Below are positions 1-8,408 of a stretch of 64,000 bases of DNA, one piece after another. The translations under genes and the position numbers were made by a program. This stretch comes from Candidatus Methylomirabilota bacterium. Its GTDB lineage: Bacteria; Methylomirabilota; Methylomirabilia; Rokubacteriales; CSP1-6. The DNA lies in NCBI GenBank assembly GCA_046723845.1, contig JBKOVG010000065.1:2-64001 (forward strand), written 5' to 3'. The notes below the pieces were generated by a model. It saw only the letters and a list, made by a program, of their open reading frames with translations, did not search any database and was not told the origin of the DNA. Position 1 is the first letter of the stretch. Each line of letters begins with the position of its first letter.

Positions 1-455
1 AGCTGGGCGTACATGCCCGCCGCGGAGATGCCGATACCCTGCTGGCCGCGGCTCATGCGCAGCCGGTGGAACTTCGAGCCGTAGAGGAGCTTGGCGAAGA
101 TGGGCGGGATCTGCTGGCGGACGATGCCGGGGCCGTTGTCGCTCACCGTCACGCGGAAGCGCGTGGCCTGGCTGGCCGGGGGCGGCGCCGCGCCGTTGTT
201 GGGGGCGACCTCGAGGGTGACCACCACGTCCGGCAAGATGCCCGCCTCCTCGGCGGCATCGAGGGCGTTGTCCACCGCTTCCTTCACGCAGGTGAGGAGC
301 GCCTTGCGCGGGTTGTCGAAGCCGAGGAGATGGCGGTTCTTGGTGAAGAACTCGGAGACGGAGATCTCGCGCTGGCGCGCGCCCATCTCGGCGGCGGAGA
401 CGGAGGCTTTCGGCGCGGCGGCGGACGCGGGAACCTTGGCGAGAGCGGTGGCCAT
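1..455 (-). CDS. top6B: DNA topoisomerase VI subunit B, N-terminal part (gene runs off window start)
   Basis: Own translation of minus strand from ATG (comp. 453-455): MATALAKVP..REISVSEFFTKNRHLLGFDNPRKALLTCVKEAVDNALDA..VSDNGPGI..SRGQQGIGISAAGMYAQ. This is a GHKL/Bergerat ATPase N-terminus typical of Top6B. GGGAG SD upstream. Absent from ORF track because there is no stop in the window. Confidence 0.8.
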   Translation of the reverse strand, partial: MATALAKVPASAAAPKASVSAAEMGARQREISVSEFFTKNRHLLGFDNPRKALLTCVKEAVDNALDAAEEAGILPDVVVTLEVAPNNGAAPPPASQATRFRVTVSDNGPGIVRQQIPPIFAKLLYGSKFHRLRMSRGQQGIGISAAGMYAQ

Positions 456-498
456 CTCCCTACGTGATACCAAATCTCAGCGCCCTCGCCCACTTTTT

Positions 499-1302
499 AT
501 GTGGCGAGGCGGCGCGCCATCGATGGCCGGCCGTCGCCGCCCGTGGCACAATCAGCGGGTGAGCAGCTCCACCCGTCTCGCCGTGCTCAGCCCGCTCGTC
601 GCCCTCGGGGCCGTCGCGGCCTACGTCCTCCTCTTCCGCGTCGCCCTCGTTCGCAACCACCCCGAGGCCTACGTGGTGGCCTTCGCGGTGGCCGCCGCGC
701 TGGCCGTGCTCGCCCTCGTGCGCGCCAGGCACCGGCGCTGGCCCGCCTGGATCGCCCTCGCTTTCTCGGGTCTCCTCCTGATCGGCGGCGCCTGGTTCAA
801 TTTCGTGGCCGCGCGTGTGCCCGACACGCCCACCGCGCTGCGGGTGGGCGAGCGCGCCCCCGACTTCACGCTAGCCGACGCCAGCGGCCGTCCCGTCGCC
901 CTCGCCGACTACCGCGGCAAGAAGCCCGTCGTCCTCGTCTTCTACCGCGGCTACTGGTGACCCTTCTGCATGGCCGAGCTCCAAGGGCTTGGAGCGCAGC
1001 TATCGGAAGCCGAGAAGGCCGGGGTGGAGATCGTGGCCATCTCGCCCGATCCGAACGAGCAGAGCCAGAAGGTGGCCGAGGGTCTCCGCCTCGGCTACCG
1101 GTTCCTCTCCGACGGCCATCTGGCCGTGGCGCGGCGCTATGGGCTGATCCACGCGCGCGGCGGACCGGACGGCCAGGACGTGCCGCGCCCCGCCACCGTG
1201 GTGCTGGATCGCGACGGTGTGGTGCGCTGGTTCTCCGTGAGCCACACCTTCCAGGTGCGCCCCGACCCGGGCGACGTCCTGCGCGCCGTGCGCGCGCTCT
1301 AG
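499..1302 (+). CDS. Membrane-anchored AhpC/TSA (peroxiredoxin-like) protein with in-frame TGA (958-960) at the catalytic Cys position; candidate selenoprotein (start uncertain: 499, 523 or GTG 559)
   Basis: ORFs 91..960 and 970..1302 are in the same frame. Joined they read ..KKPVVLVFYRGYW[TGA]PFCMAELQGL..VEIVAISPD.., i.e. the redoxin motif FYRGxW-C-PFC with TGA replacing Cys. Three TM helices lie upstream. Hairpin 978-995 lies downstream. Confidence 0.65.
976..997 (+). other. Candidate bacterial SECIS hairpin
   Basis: GCTCCAA(978-984)/TTGGAGC(989-995) 7-bp stem with G-rich apical loop GGGC. The loop lies 25-28 nt 3' of the TGA at 958-960. Confidence 0.5.
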
Positions 1303-1314
1303 CCGGCGGCGGCC

Positions 1315-2064
1315 ATGGGCGACGCGCCGCAGAACATCTACGACGACCCGGAATTTCTCGCCGGCTACGCGACGCTCGAGCGCTTCGGCCCTGGTTGGAC
1401 GCGCGCCGTCGAGCATGCGGACTTCATGGCTCTCCTCCCCGACGTCGACGGCAAGCGCGTGCTCGATCTCGGCTGCGGGCTCGGCCAGCTCGCCCTGCAC
1501 CTGGCCGAGCACGGAGCGGCCAAGGTCGTCGCCGTGGATCTCTCCGAGCGCATGCTCGCCGTGGCCCAGGCTGAGCGCGCGCATCCGCGCATCACCTATC
1601 GCCGCGAGGCGCTCGAGCACGTGGTGTTCGACTCCAAGCGCTTCGATCTAGTGGTCAGCTCGCTCGCCTTCCACTACGTGGAGGACTACGCGGGGCTCGT
1701 CCGCCGCATCGCACGCTGGCTGGCGCCGGGTGGCGTGCTCGTCTACTCGACGGAGCACCCCATCTACACGGCCATCGATCCCGCCACCGGCTGGACGACG
1801 GACGCGGAGGGGCGCCGCCTGCACTGGGCGCTGGACCGCTACGCCGACGAAGGCCGGCGCGCGCAGCGCTGGTTCGTGGACGGCGTGCGCAAGTACCACC
1901 GCACCTTCGCCACCCTCGTCAACGGCCTCGTCGACGCCGGCCTCGTGGTGGAGCGGGTGCTCGAGCCCGTTCCCGACGCCGAGACGCTCCGGCGCCGTCC
2001 CGACTTCGCGGACGAGGATCGGCGCCCCACCTTCCTCCTCGTGCGCGCGCGCAAGCCGCGCTGA
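1315..2064 (+). CDS. Class I SAM-dependent methyltransferase
   Basis: VLDLGCGLGQLALHLAEHGAAKVVAVDLSERML motif I; 249 aa ORF. Confidence 0.85.
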   Translation: MGDAPQNIYDDPEFLAGYATLERFGPGWTRAVEHADFMALLPDVDGKRVLDLGCGLGQLALHLAEHGAAKVVAVDLSERMLAVAQAERAHPRITYRREALEHVVFDSKRFDLVVSSLAFHYVEDYAGLVRRIARWLAPGGVLVYSTEHPIYTAIDPATGWTTDAEGRRLHWALDRYADEGRRAQRWFVDGVRKYHRTFATLVNGLVDAGLVVERVLEPVPDAETLRRRPDFADEDRRPTFLLVRARKPR

Positions 2065-2083
2065 CCCGCGGTATCGTAGGGGC

Positions 2084-2629
2084 ATGCCGGGCAGCGATGG
2101 GAAGCCCGCGGCAGCGGATCTGGGTCCCGAGGCCCTGGCCTATGCGGATGCCCTGCACAACCTCGCCCGCTATCTCACGGGCACCGACACCGACGCGGAA
2201 GACCTGGTGCAGGAGACATACAGCCGTGCCCTCGGCAGCGCCGCGCAGTTCACCCCCGGCACGAATCTCAAGGCCTGGCTCTTCCGGATCCTCCGCAACG
2301 CCTTCATCAGCCAGTACCGGCGCCAGCGCGGCAATCCCACGGTGGGCGGCCTCGACACCGTGACGCCCATCGGGTACGGTCCGGCCGACGTGGGCCGGGC
2401 CAAGGACGAGGTGGAGCTCGACCGGCTGCGCAAGGTCATGGCAGAGGAGATCGAGCGCGCGCTCATGATGCTCGCGGAGGACGCGCGCACGGTGATCCTC
2501 CTCGACCTCGAGGGTCTCACGGAGGTGGAGGTCGCGCACGTGCTCGGCTGCGCGGTGGGCACGGTGAAGTCGCGGCTTTCCCGCGCGCGCGCCGCCCTGC
2601 GCTCGCTCCTCAAAGACTGGAAACGATAG
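2084..2629 (+). CDS. ECF (sigma-70 family) RNA polymerase sigma factor
   Basis: DAEDLVQETYSRAL..WLFRILRNAFISQYRR (region 2) and LTEVEVAHVLGCAVGTVKSRLSRAR (region 4 HTH). Start ATG 2084 is in frame with ORF 1730..2629. Confidence 0.85.
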   Translation: MPGSDGKPAAADLGPEALAYADALHNLARYLTGTDTDAEDLVQETYSRALGSAAQFTPGTNLKAWLFRILRNAFISQYRRQRGNPTVGGLDTVTPIGYGPADVGRAKDEVELDRLRKVMAEEIERALMMLAEDARTVILLDLEGLTEVEVAHVLGCAVGTVKSRLSRARAALRSLLKDWKR

Positions 2630-2637
2630 GACAGGGT

Positions 2638-3429
2638 ATGGACTGCCGCGACGTGCGCGATCACCTGCTCGACTTCCAGCGCGGCCAGCTCGGGGGCGAC
2701 GTCGCCACCGAGGTGCGCCGTCACATCGACGGCTGCGTCGAGTGCGCGCAGGCCGAGCTGGTGGAGCGGGAGCTGACCCTCCTCCTCGAGCGCCGCACCC
2801 CCCAGTATCCGGCGCCCATCGGGCTCAAGCGGAGGCTCATCGCGCGGTGGCCCACGGTGCTCGCGCCGCCTTCGCCCACGAGCCCGCGCCCCTGGCCGCG
2901 CGTGCTCCTCCCCGCGGCCCTCGCCGCCGCCGCGCTCCTCCTCCTCGTGCCCGTGGCGTTCCAGCTCCTCTCTCCGCATGGCCAGGCCAGCGCCGTCATG
3001 GTGAGCGAGGCCGTCAACGACCACGTGCGGCTGCTCCAGAGCCAGCGTCCGCTCGAGGTGGAGAGCAGCGGCATCCACCAGGTCATCCCGTGGTTCACGG
3101 GCAAGCTCGACTTCGCTCCTGGCATCCGCTTCGCCGGCGACGAGGAGTTCCCCCTCCGCGGGGGCGCCGTCGGCTACTTCGTGGACCGCAAGGCGGCCAC
3201 CTTCGTGTTCGGCCGCCGGCTCCACACCATCTCCCTCTTCGTCTTCAAGGCCGAGGGGCTGCCGTGGCCCACGAGCAGCCTGGAGCGTGTCGGCCGCGAG
3301 GAGATCTATCGCAGCTCGGCGCGGGGCTTCAACGTGCTGCTGTGGCGCGAGGGCGAGCTCGGCTACGCCCTCGTCTCCGACGTGAACGCGCAGGACCTGA
3401 AGCTGCTCGCCGCGAAGCTCTCTCCCTAG
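2638..3429 (+). CDS. Anti-sigma factor (zf-HC2 type, single TM)
   Basis: N-terminal C..H..x3..C..C pattern (MDCRDVRDHLL..HIDGCVECAQ), central hydrophobic helix, directly downstream of the ECF sigma gene. Confidence 0.75.
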   Translation: MDCRDVRDHLLDFQRGQLGGDVATEVRRHIDGCVECAQAELVERELTLLLERRTPQYPAPIGLKRRLIARWPTVLAPPSPTSPRPWPRVLLPAALAAAALLLLVPVAFQLLSPHGQASAVMVSEAVNDHVRLLQSQRPLEVESSGIHQVIPWFTGKLDFAPGIRFAGDEEFPLRGGAVGYFVDRKAATFVFGRRLHTISLFVFKAEGLPWPTSSLERVGREEIYRSSARGFNVLLWREGELGYALVSDVNAQDLKLLAAKLSP

Positions 3430-3478
3430 CCGCCGGGAGGCACCCCGTGAGCCAGAGCCGGCCCGGGCACCACCTTGT

Positions 3479-3507
3479 TTGACTCCGCTCCCTCCCTCTG
3501 TCAGGAT
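3479..3507 (+). promoter_or_regulatory. Possible sigma-70 promoter (TTGACT-17-CAGGAT) for the cyclase gene
   Basis: TTGACT 3479-3484, 17-nt spacer, CAGGAT 3502-3507, ATG at 3519 (very short leader). The -10 is weak. Confidence 0.25.
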
Positions 3508-3518
3508 CGGCACGTCAT

Positions 3519-5231
3519 ATGACGGTGCGCGTCAAGATCCTCGCCATCTCGGCTGTCCTCCTGCTGCTCTTCGCCGTCGTGCTCGTCAGCTCCGTGATCA
3601 TGCAGGAGCACAGCAGCCGGAAGGTGGCGGCCATCGTCGACTATCATTTGCCGCTCGCCGCCACCATCGCGGACCTCGACGTGGCCACCGACAAGTACGA
3701 GCTGATCGTCGAGCGGCTCCTGCGCGAGCCGGATCGGCAGAGCGTCACCGCCGACGCCCAGCGCGGTGAGCTCGAGAAGACTCGCGAGCGCATCGCCGCC
3801 GACTTCGACAGCGCGGCCGCCCTCCTCGGCCGCGCTCTCACTGATCCGCGCACCGACGGGAACGACCGCCTGGTCTTCGCCAAGGTCCAGCGCTCCCTCG
3901 AGTACCTGAAGCGCTACGAGGAGCCGTTCCTCGCCCTTGGCGGCCAGGTCGAGGCCACCTACAACGCGGGCAAGCTCGCCCAGGCCACCACGCTGTCGCG
4001 TCAGTTCGAGCGGTACGAGCAGGCCTTCGGTCCGGACATGGCCGCGATGCGTGCGGAGCTGGTCGCCCTGGCCCGCGTGTCCACCGAGCACACCTACGAG
4101 CAGCAGACGCGCATCCTCCGCCTCAACGTGATCCTCTTCGCGGTGGCGGTGGTGATCGGCCTCGGCCTGAGCGCCATGGGCGCCCGGCGGCTCGTGCAGG
4201 CGCTCTGGCGCGTGGTGGACGGGGCCAAGGCCATCGAGGCGGGGGACCTCGCCGTGAAGGTGCTGGTGACGAGCCGCGACGAGATCGGACAGCTCGCCGA
4301 GGCCTTCAATCGCATGGCGGAGGAGCTCAGGACCAAGGAGCGGATCAAGGACACCTTCGGCAAGTACGTCGATCCGCGCGTGGTCGCCCAGCTCATCGAC
4401 ACCTCGAAGGACATGGACCAGGCGGAGCGGCGCGTCGCCACCATCCTGTTCTCCGACCTCAAGGGCTTCACGGCCATCAGCGAGCAGCTCACCGCCACCG
4501 CCATGGTCCGCCTCCTCAATCGCTACTTCACGGTGGTCGCCGACCAGATCCGTGCCCACAACGGCGTCCTCGAGAAGTACATCGGTGATGCCGTGATGGC
4601 CTTCTGGGCCGCCCCCTTCTCTACGGGCGATGATCACGCGGCTTCCGCCTGCCTCGCCGCCCTCGCCCATCGCGACGCGGTGGCCGCCCTGCGCCCGGAG
4701 CTGCCGGACCTCCTCGGGCTCCGCCGCAACATTCCCGAGCTCACCGTGCGCATGGGGTTGGCCACGGGCGAGGTGGTGGTGGGCACGGTGGGCGCGCCCA
4801 CCGCCAAGTCCTTCGCGGCCATCGGCGACATCACCAACCTCGCCTCGCGGCTCGAGGGCGTGAACAAGGTCTACGGTACGAGCGTGATCCTCGCCGAAGA
4901 GACCTACCGGCTCGCCCAGGCCGTCGTCGAGGCGCGCGAGCTCGACATGGTGGTGGTGGCGGGGAAGAGCGAGCCCGTGCGGATCTACGAGCTGCTCGGC
5001 CGCGTGCACGAGGTGGACGCGGCGCTGCTCGAGCTGCGCGAGCTCTACGTGGAGGGTCTGCAGGCCTATCGCGGGCGCGACTGGAGCGGCGCGGGGCGAT
5101 GCTTCGCGAAGTGCCTCGAGCTCAGGTCGGGCGACGGTCCCGCGGCCGCGCTGCGCGATCGGAGCGGGATGTTCGCCGCGACTCCCCCGCCTCCCGACTG
5201 GGACGGCGTGTGGCATCTCCTCGAGAAGTGA
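3519..5231 (+). CDS. Membrane HAMP-domain adenylate/guanylate cyclase (class III)
   Basis: N-terminal TM, second TM plus HAMP (DEIGQLAEAFNRMAEEL), cyclase core (ATILFSDLKGFTAISE..YIGDAVMAFW..GLATGEVVVGTVG). Confidence 0.85.
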   Translation: MTVRVKILAISAVLLLLFAVVLVSSVIMQEHSSRKVAAIVDYHLPLAATIADLDVATDKYELIVERLLREPDRQSVTADAQRGELEKTRERIAADFDSAAALLGRALTDPRTDGNDRLVFAKVQRSLEYLKRYEEPFLALGGQVEATYNAGKLAQATTLSRQFERYEQAFGPDMAAMRAELVALARVSTEHTYEQQTRILRLNVILFAVAVVIGLGLSAMGARRLVQALWRVVDGAKAIEAGDLAVKVLVTSRDEIGQLAEAFNRMAEELRTKERIKDTFGKYVDPRVVAQLIDTSKDMDQAERRVATILFSDLKGFTAISEQLTATAMVRLLNRYFTVVADQIRAHNGVLEKYIGDAVMAFWAAPFSTGDDHAASACLAALAHRDAVAALRPELPDLLGLRRNIPELTVRMGLATGEVVVGTVGAPTAKSFAAIGDITNLASRLEGVNKVYGTSVILAEETYRLAQAVVEARELDMVVVAGKSEPVRIYELLGRVHEVDAALLELRELYVEGLQAYRGRDWSGAGRCFAKCLELRSGDGPAAALRDRSGMFAATPPPPDWDGVWHLLEK

Positions 5232-5245
5232 TGCCGGAAAGAGGC

Positions 5246-5251
5246 TAGAAT
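5246..5251 (+). promoter_or_regulatory. TAGAAT -10-like box 6 nt upstream of ATG 5258 (possible leaderless transcript)
   Basis: gaggcTAGAATcgcgccATG; no SD; the same ggcTAGAATc motif precedes the ATG at 7746. Confidence 0.3.
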
Positions 5252-5257
5252 CGCGCC

Positions 5258-6139
5258 ATGAAGATCCGCGTCGGAGTGGGAGCCGCGGGCGCCGCGTCCA
5301 ATCCCGACGCCCTCGCCGAGCTGGTGGAGGGCATCGACGCGTTCGGCTTCGACTCGCTCTGGCTCTCCGAGGTGCTCACGGGGCCTGTGATCGATCCCGT
5401 GGTCGGCCTCGCCTGGGCGGGCGCGAGCCATCCGCGCGTGAAGCTCGGGACGACCATGCTGCTGCCGGGACGCAACGTGGTGCGTCTGGCCAAGCAGCTC
5501 GCCAGCCTGGACGTGCTCTGCCGCGGCCGGCTCCTCGTCACCCTCGTGCCCGGGCTGACCTATGCGCCGGAGCGCGACGCCATCGGCGTGGAGCCGAAGC
5601 GGCGCGGCGCCGTCATCGACGAGGCGCTACCGCTCCTGCGGCGGCTGTGGGCGGGCGAGACGGTGAGCCACGAGGGCGCGGTGGGCAGCTTCCGCGACGT
5701 GAAGCTCTCCCCGCTGCCCGTGCAGCAGCCGCTCGAGGTGTGGCTGGGCGGCACGCTGCCCGCGGCCCTCGAGCGCTGCGGGCGTCTCTCCGACGGCTGG
5801 CTGCCCTCGCTGTGCACGCCGGCGGAAGCGGCGGCCGGCCGCCTGGTGATCGAGGAGGCGGCGGCGAAGGCGGAGCGGACGATCAGCCCCGAGCACTTCG
5901 GCATGAGCATCGGCTACGCCCGCGCGCCCATCGATCCCGCCACCACGCGGGTGATGGCCGCGCGTCGGCCCCGCTCGCTCGAGCTCACCCCGGTGGGGCT
6001 GCCCGCGGTGCGGCAGCTCATCGAGCGCTTCATCGGCGTGGGCTTCTCGAAGTTCGTGCTGCGGCCGGTGGTGCCGCCCGCCTCCTGGCGAGAGGAGCTG
6101 GAGACGCTCGCCGCCGCCGTGGGCGACCTGCAGACCTAG
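5258..6139 (+). CDS. LLM-class (luciferase-like) F420/flavin-dependent oxidoreductase
   Basis: FDSLWLSEVLTGP..KLGTTMLLPGRNVVRLAKQLASLD..RLLVTLVPG, luciferase-like TIM-barrel pattern. Confidence 0.8.
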   Translation: MKIRVGVGAAGAASNPDALAELVEGIDAFGFDSLWLSEVLTGPVIDPVVGLAWAGASHPRVKLGTTMLLPGRNVVRLAKQLASLDVLCRGRLLVTLVPGLTYAPERDAIGVEPKRRGAVIDEALPLLRRLWAGETVSHEGAVGSFRDVKLSPLPVQQPLEVWLGGTLPAALERCGRLSDGWLPSLCTPAEAAAGRLVIEEAAAKAERTISPEHFGMSIGYARAPIDPATTRVMAARRPRSLELTPVGLPAVRQLIERFIGVGFSKFVLRPVVPPASWREELETLAAAVGDLQT

Positions 6140-6345
6140 CCCAGACTATTCACAAACTTGTGAGCGCGAGACGGGTGGGTCCCGTCGTCGGGGGCACGGG
6201 TGCGCTCATGCTGCGTCACCCGCTCGCCTGATTCGCAGCCCTCCGGGCTGCGCGCAGGACGAGGGGGTCCCACTCCGCCTGAGCGCACCCGTGCCCCCGC
6301 CGCCACCCGCCCGGTCGCACGTGCGGAGTTGTGAATAGTCCGGGC
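6139..6345. mobile_element. MITE-like 207-bp palindromic element with 17-bp terminal inverted repeats flanked by TA/TA
   Basis: GCCCAGACTATTCACAA (6139-6155) vs TTGTGAATAGTCCGGGC (6329-6345), 16/17 complementary. TA at 6137-6138 and 6346-6347. Inner perfect 19-bp IR 6190-6208/6280-6298. Central hairpin 6235-6251. Confidence 0.5.
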
Positions 6346-6360
6346 TAGATCGCGCGCGGT

Positions 6361-7716
6361 CTATCCCAGGAACAGCTCGCAGGTGTCGAGCCACGCCTGC
6401 GTGGTCAGCGCGAGCGACTCCACGTCCACGCGCTCGTCGTTTCCGTGAAAGCGGCCCGCCATGGCTTCTGCGGTGAGCTCACGTGAGAAGAGCCCGAAGC
6501 CGTAGGCCACCGCCCCGTGCTCGCGGAAGTAGGGCGCGTCGGTGAAGCCCACGATCATGCGCGGCAGGAGCTTCGCCCCCGGGTAGTGCCCATCCACCAC
6601 CTTGGCGAGCACGTTCCAGAGGGGCGTGCCCGTGGGGGAGGCCGAGGCCTGCTTGGAGAAGAGCTTCTCTACCACGACCTCTTCCGAGAGATCGCCGAGG
6701 GCCTTGTCGATGTGGCGGCGCACCTCGTCCTCGTTGTCGCCGGGGATGGTGCGGATGTCCACCTCGATGTCGACCACGTCGGGGATGACGTTGATCTTCA
6801 CCCCGGCGCGGCAGATGTTGGGCGAAAACGTGGTGTGGGTCGCCGACCACGCGAAGCGTGCCACGTCCTTGGGCAGCTTGGCGATGGCGTCGTCCACGCG
6901 GCCGGGATCGCGCAGCGCCTCCCTCATGGCAGCGTCCACCCCAAGGGTGTCCACGAAGCCCTGCCAGAGCTCGTCCACATAGGGGGCGGGACGATAGTCC
7001 GCGAGCCGGCTCACCACGTGGGCGGCCTTGACGAGGGCGTTGTCGGCGCCGTAGGGCATGGAGCCGTGTCCCGGCGTGCCCGTGACGCGCAGCCGCCGCC
7101 AGGCCACGCCCTTCTCGCCCACGTGCACGGTCACGTTCATCTCGCTGCCACGCGAGCTCACGATGCCGCCGTTCTCGGTGAGGAGATAGTCGGCGCGGAG
7201 GGCATCCCAGTGCCGCTTGCACACGTGCCCGGCGCCGTAGACGCCGCCCGCCTCCTCGTCGGCGCACGCGAGATAGACGAGGGTGCCGCGAGGCCGCCAG
7301 CCCTTCCTGGCCAGCGCCTTGAGGGCCACCGCCTGCGAGGCGGTGAGATTGAGCATGTCCACGGCGCCGCGTCCCCACACCTCGCCGTTCACCAGCTCGC
7401 CCCCGAAGGGATCGCGTGTCCAGTGCTCCGGGGTCACCGGCACCACGTCGGTGTGTCCCATGAGGCAGAGGGTGGGCGCGGCGGGATCCGTCCCCTCGAT
7501 GCGCGCGATGAGGCTCCGGCGTCCCGGCGCGCCGTCGGGCTCGTAGACCTCCACGTCGAGCCCGCTCTGGCCGAGATACGCGCGCAGGAGATCGCTGTTG
7601 CGCACCTCCTGGCCCGATTCCACAGTGCCGTCGTTCACGCACCGGTTGCGGATCATCTGCTGCAGGAGCTCCACCGTCTCGTTGGTGAGGGCGTCGTTCA
7701 TGGTGCGCGACACCAT
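6361..7716 (-). CDS. M20 family metallopeptidase (ArgE/DapE/CPG2-like)
   Basis: LMGHTDVVPV..W..DPFGGE..G.VWGRGAVDM, ACADEEAGG. Start could be 7716 or 7701; the GTG 7740 of the ORF track overlaps a promoter-like box. Confidence 0.85.
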   Translation of the reverse strand: MVSRTMNDALTNETVELLQQMIRNRCVNDGTVESGQEVRNSDLLRAYLGQSGLDVEVYEPDGAPGRRSLIARIEGTDPAAPTLCLMGHTDVVPVTPEHWTRDPFGGELVNGEVWGRGAVDMLNLTASQAVALKALARKGWRPRGTLVYLACADEEAGGVYGAGHVCKRHWDALRADYLLTENGGIVSSRGSEMNVTVHVGEKGVAWRRLRVTGTPGHGSMPYGADNALVKAAHVVSRLADYRPAPYVDELWQGFVDTLGVDAAMREALRDPGRVDDAIAKLPKDVARFAWSATHTTFSPNICRAGVKINVIPDVVDIEVDIRTIPGDNEDEVRRHIDKALGDLSEEVVVEKLFSKQASASPTGTPLWNVLAKVVDGHYPGAKLLPRMIVGFTDAPYFREHGAVAYGFGLFSRELTAEAMAGRFHGNDERVDVESLALTTQAWLDTCELFLG

Positions 7717-7731
7717 AGCATCGTTTGAGGC

Positions 7732-7737
7732 TAGAAT
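7732..7737 (+). promoter_or_regulatory. TAGAAT -10-like box 8 nt upstream of ATG 7746 (possible leaderless transcript)
   Basis: gaggcTAGAATcacaggtcATG; no SD. Confidence 0.3.
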
Positions 7738-7745
7738 CACAGGTC

Positions 7746-8408
7746 ATGGCCACGCCGCGGCGATCCACGCAGAGGACAGCGCGCACGCCCGTCGAGCGTC
7801 TGCGCCGGATCTGTCTCGCCCGGCCCGAGACCACGGAGAAGATCGTGTGGGGCGAGCCGACCTGGCGCGTGAAGGGCAAGCTCTTCGCGCAGCTCGACGA
7901 CCATCACCACGGTGCCGATCATCTCGCAGTATGGCTGCCCGCGCCCCTCGGGGAGCAGGAGTCGCTGATCTTCCTCGACGCCGAGCGCTTCTTCCGCCGC
8001 TTGTACGTGAGCGGACGGGGCTGGGTGGGCGTGCGTCTCGACGGGCGTCCGGACTGGAAGCTCGTGGCGTCGCTGGTCCAGCAGGCCTATCGCGAGGTGG
8101 CGCCGCCCCGGCTTCGCAGGCGATCGGAGCGGCCACGCCTCGCATCTCCGAGCGAAGGAGATCCTGATGCGAGTCATCGACATGGAGTGCAGCATTCCCA
8201 AGAACGAGAACACCGCGCCCGCCGCGAGCGCGGCCGCGCCCGCCGCCGCGGAGCGCCCCGCGGGTTACGGCATGGCCAACTACGGCCGCATCTTCCGCTC
8301 GCGCGCGGAGGGCGGCGACGCGCGACCGACCACCGAGCTCTCCCGTTACGTGGAGATGCTCGGGCGCGCGGGCATCGTGCGCTCCGTTCCCTTCGGCGTC
8401 ACCAATGA
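7746..8408 (+). CDS. MmcQ/YjbR-family protein; 3' end doubtful (no in-frame stop before 8408, overlaps next gene by 242 nt)
   Basis: LRRICLARPETTEKIVWGEPTWRVKGKLFAQL..WVGVRLDGRPDWKLVASLVQQAYREVAP resembles the ~120-aa YjbR fold. The Arg-rich tail after ~8120 looks non-coding. Confidence 0.55.
   Translation: MATPRRSTQRTARTPVERLRRICLARPETTEKIVWGEPTWRVKGKLFAQLDDHHHGADHLAVWLPAPLGEQESLIFLDAERFFRRLYVSGRGWVGVRLDGRPDWKLVASLVQQAYREVAPPRLRRRSERPRLASPSEGDPDASHRHGVQHSQEREHRARRERGRARRRGAPRGLRHGQLRPHLPLARGGRRRATDHRALPLRGDARARGHRALRSLRRHQ

Noticed and set aside
970-1302. Independent 110-aa gene starting at ATG 970
   Set aside because: It is in frame with the upstream ORF and begins in the middle of the redoxin fold, just after the W-x-P-F-C motif. 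It is better explained as the C-terminal part of a TGA-containing gene (Sec or pseudogene).
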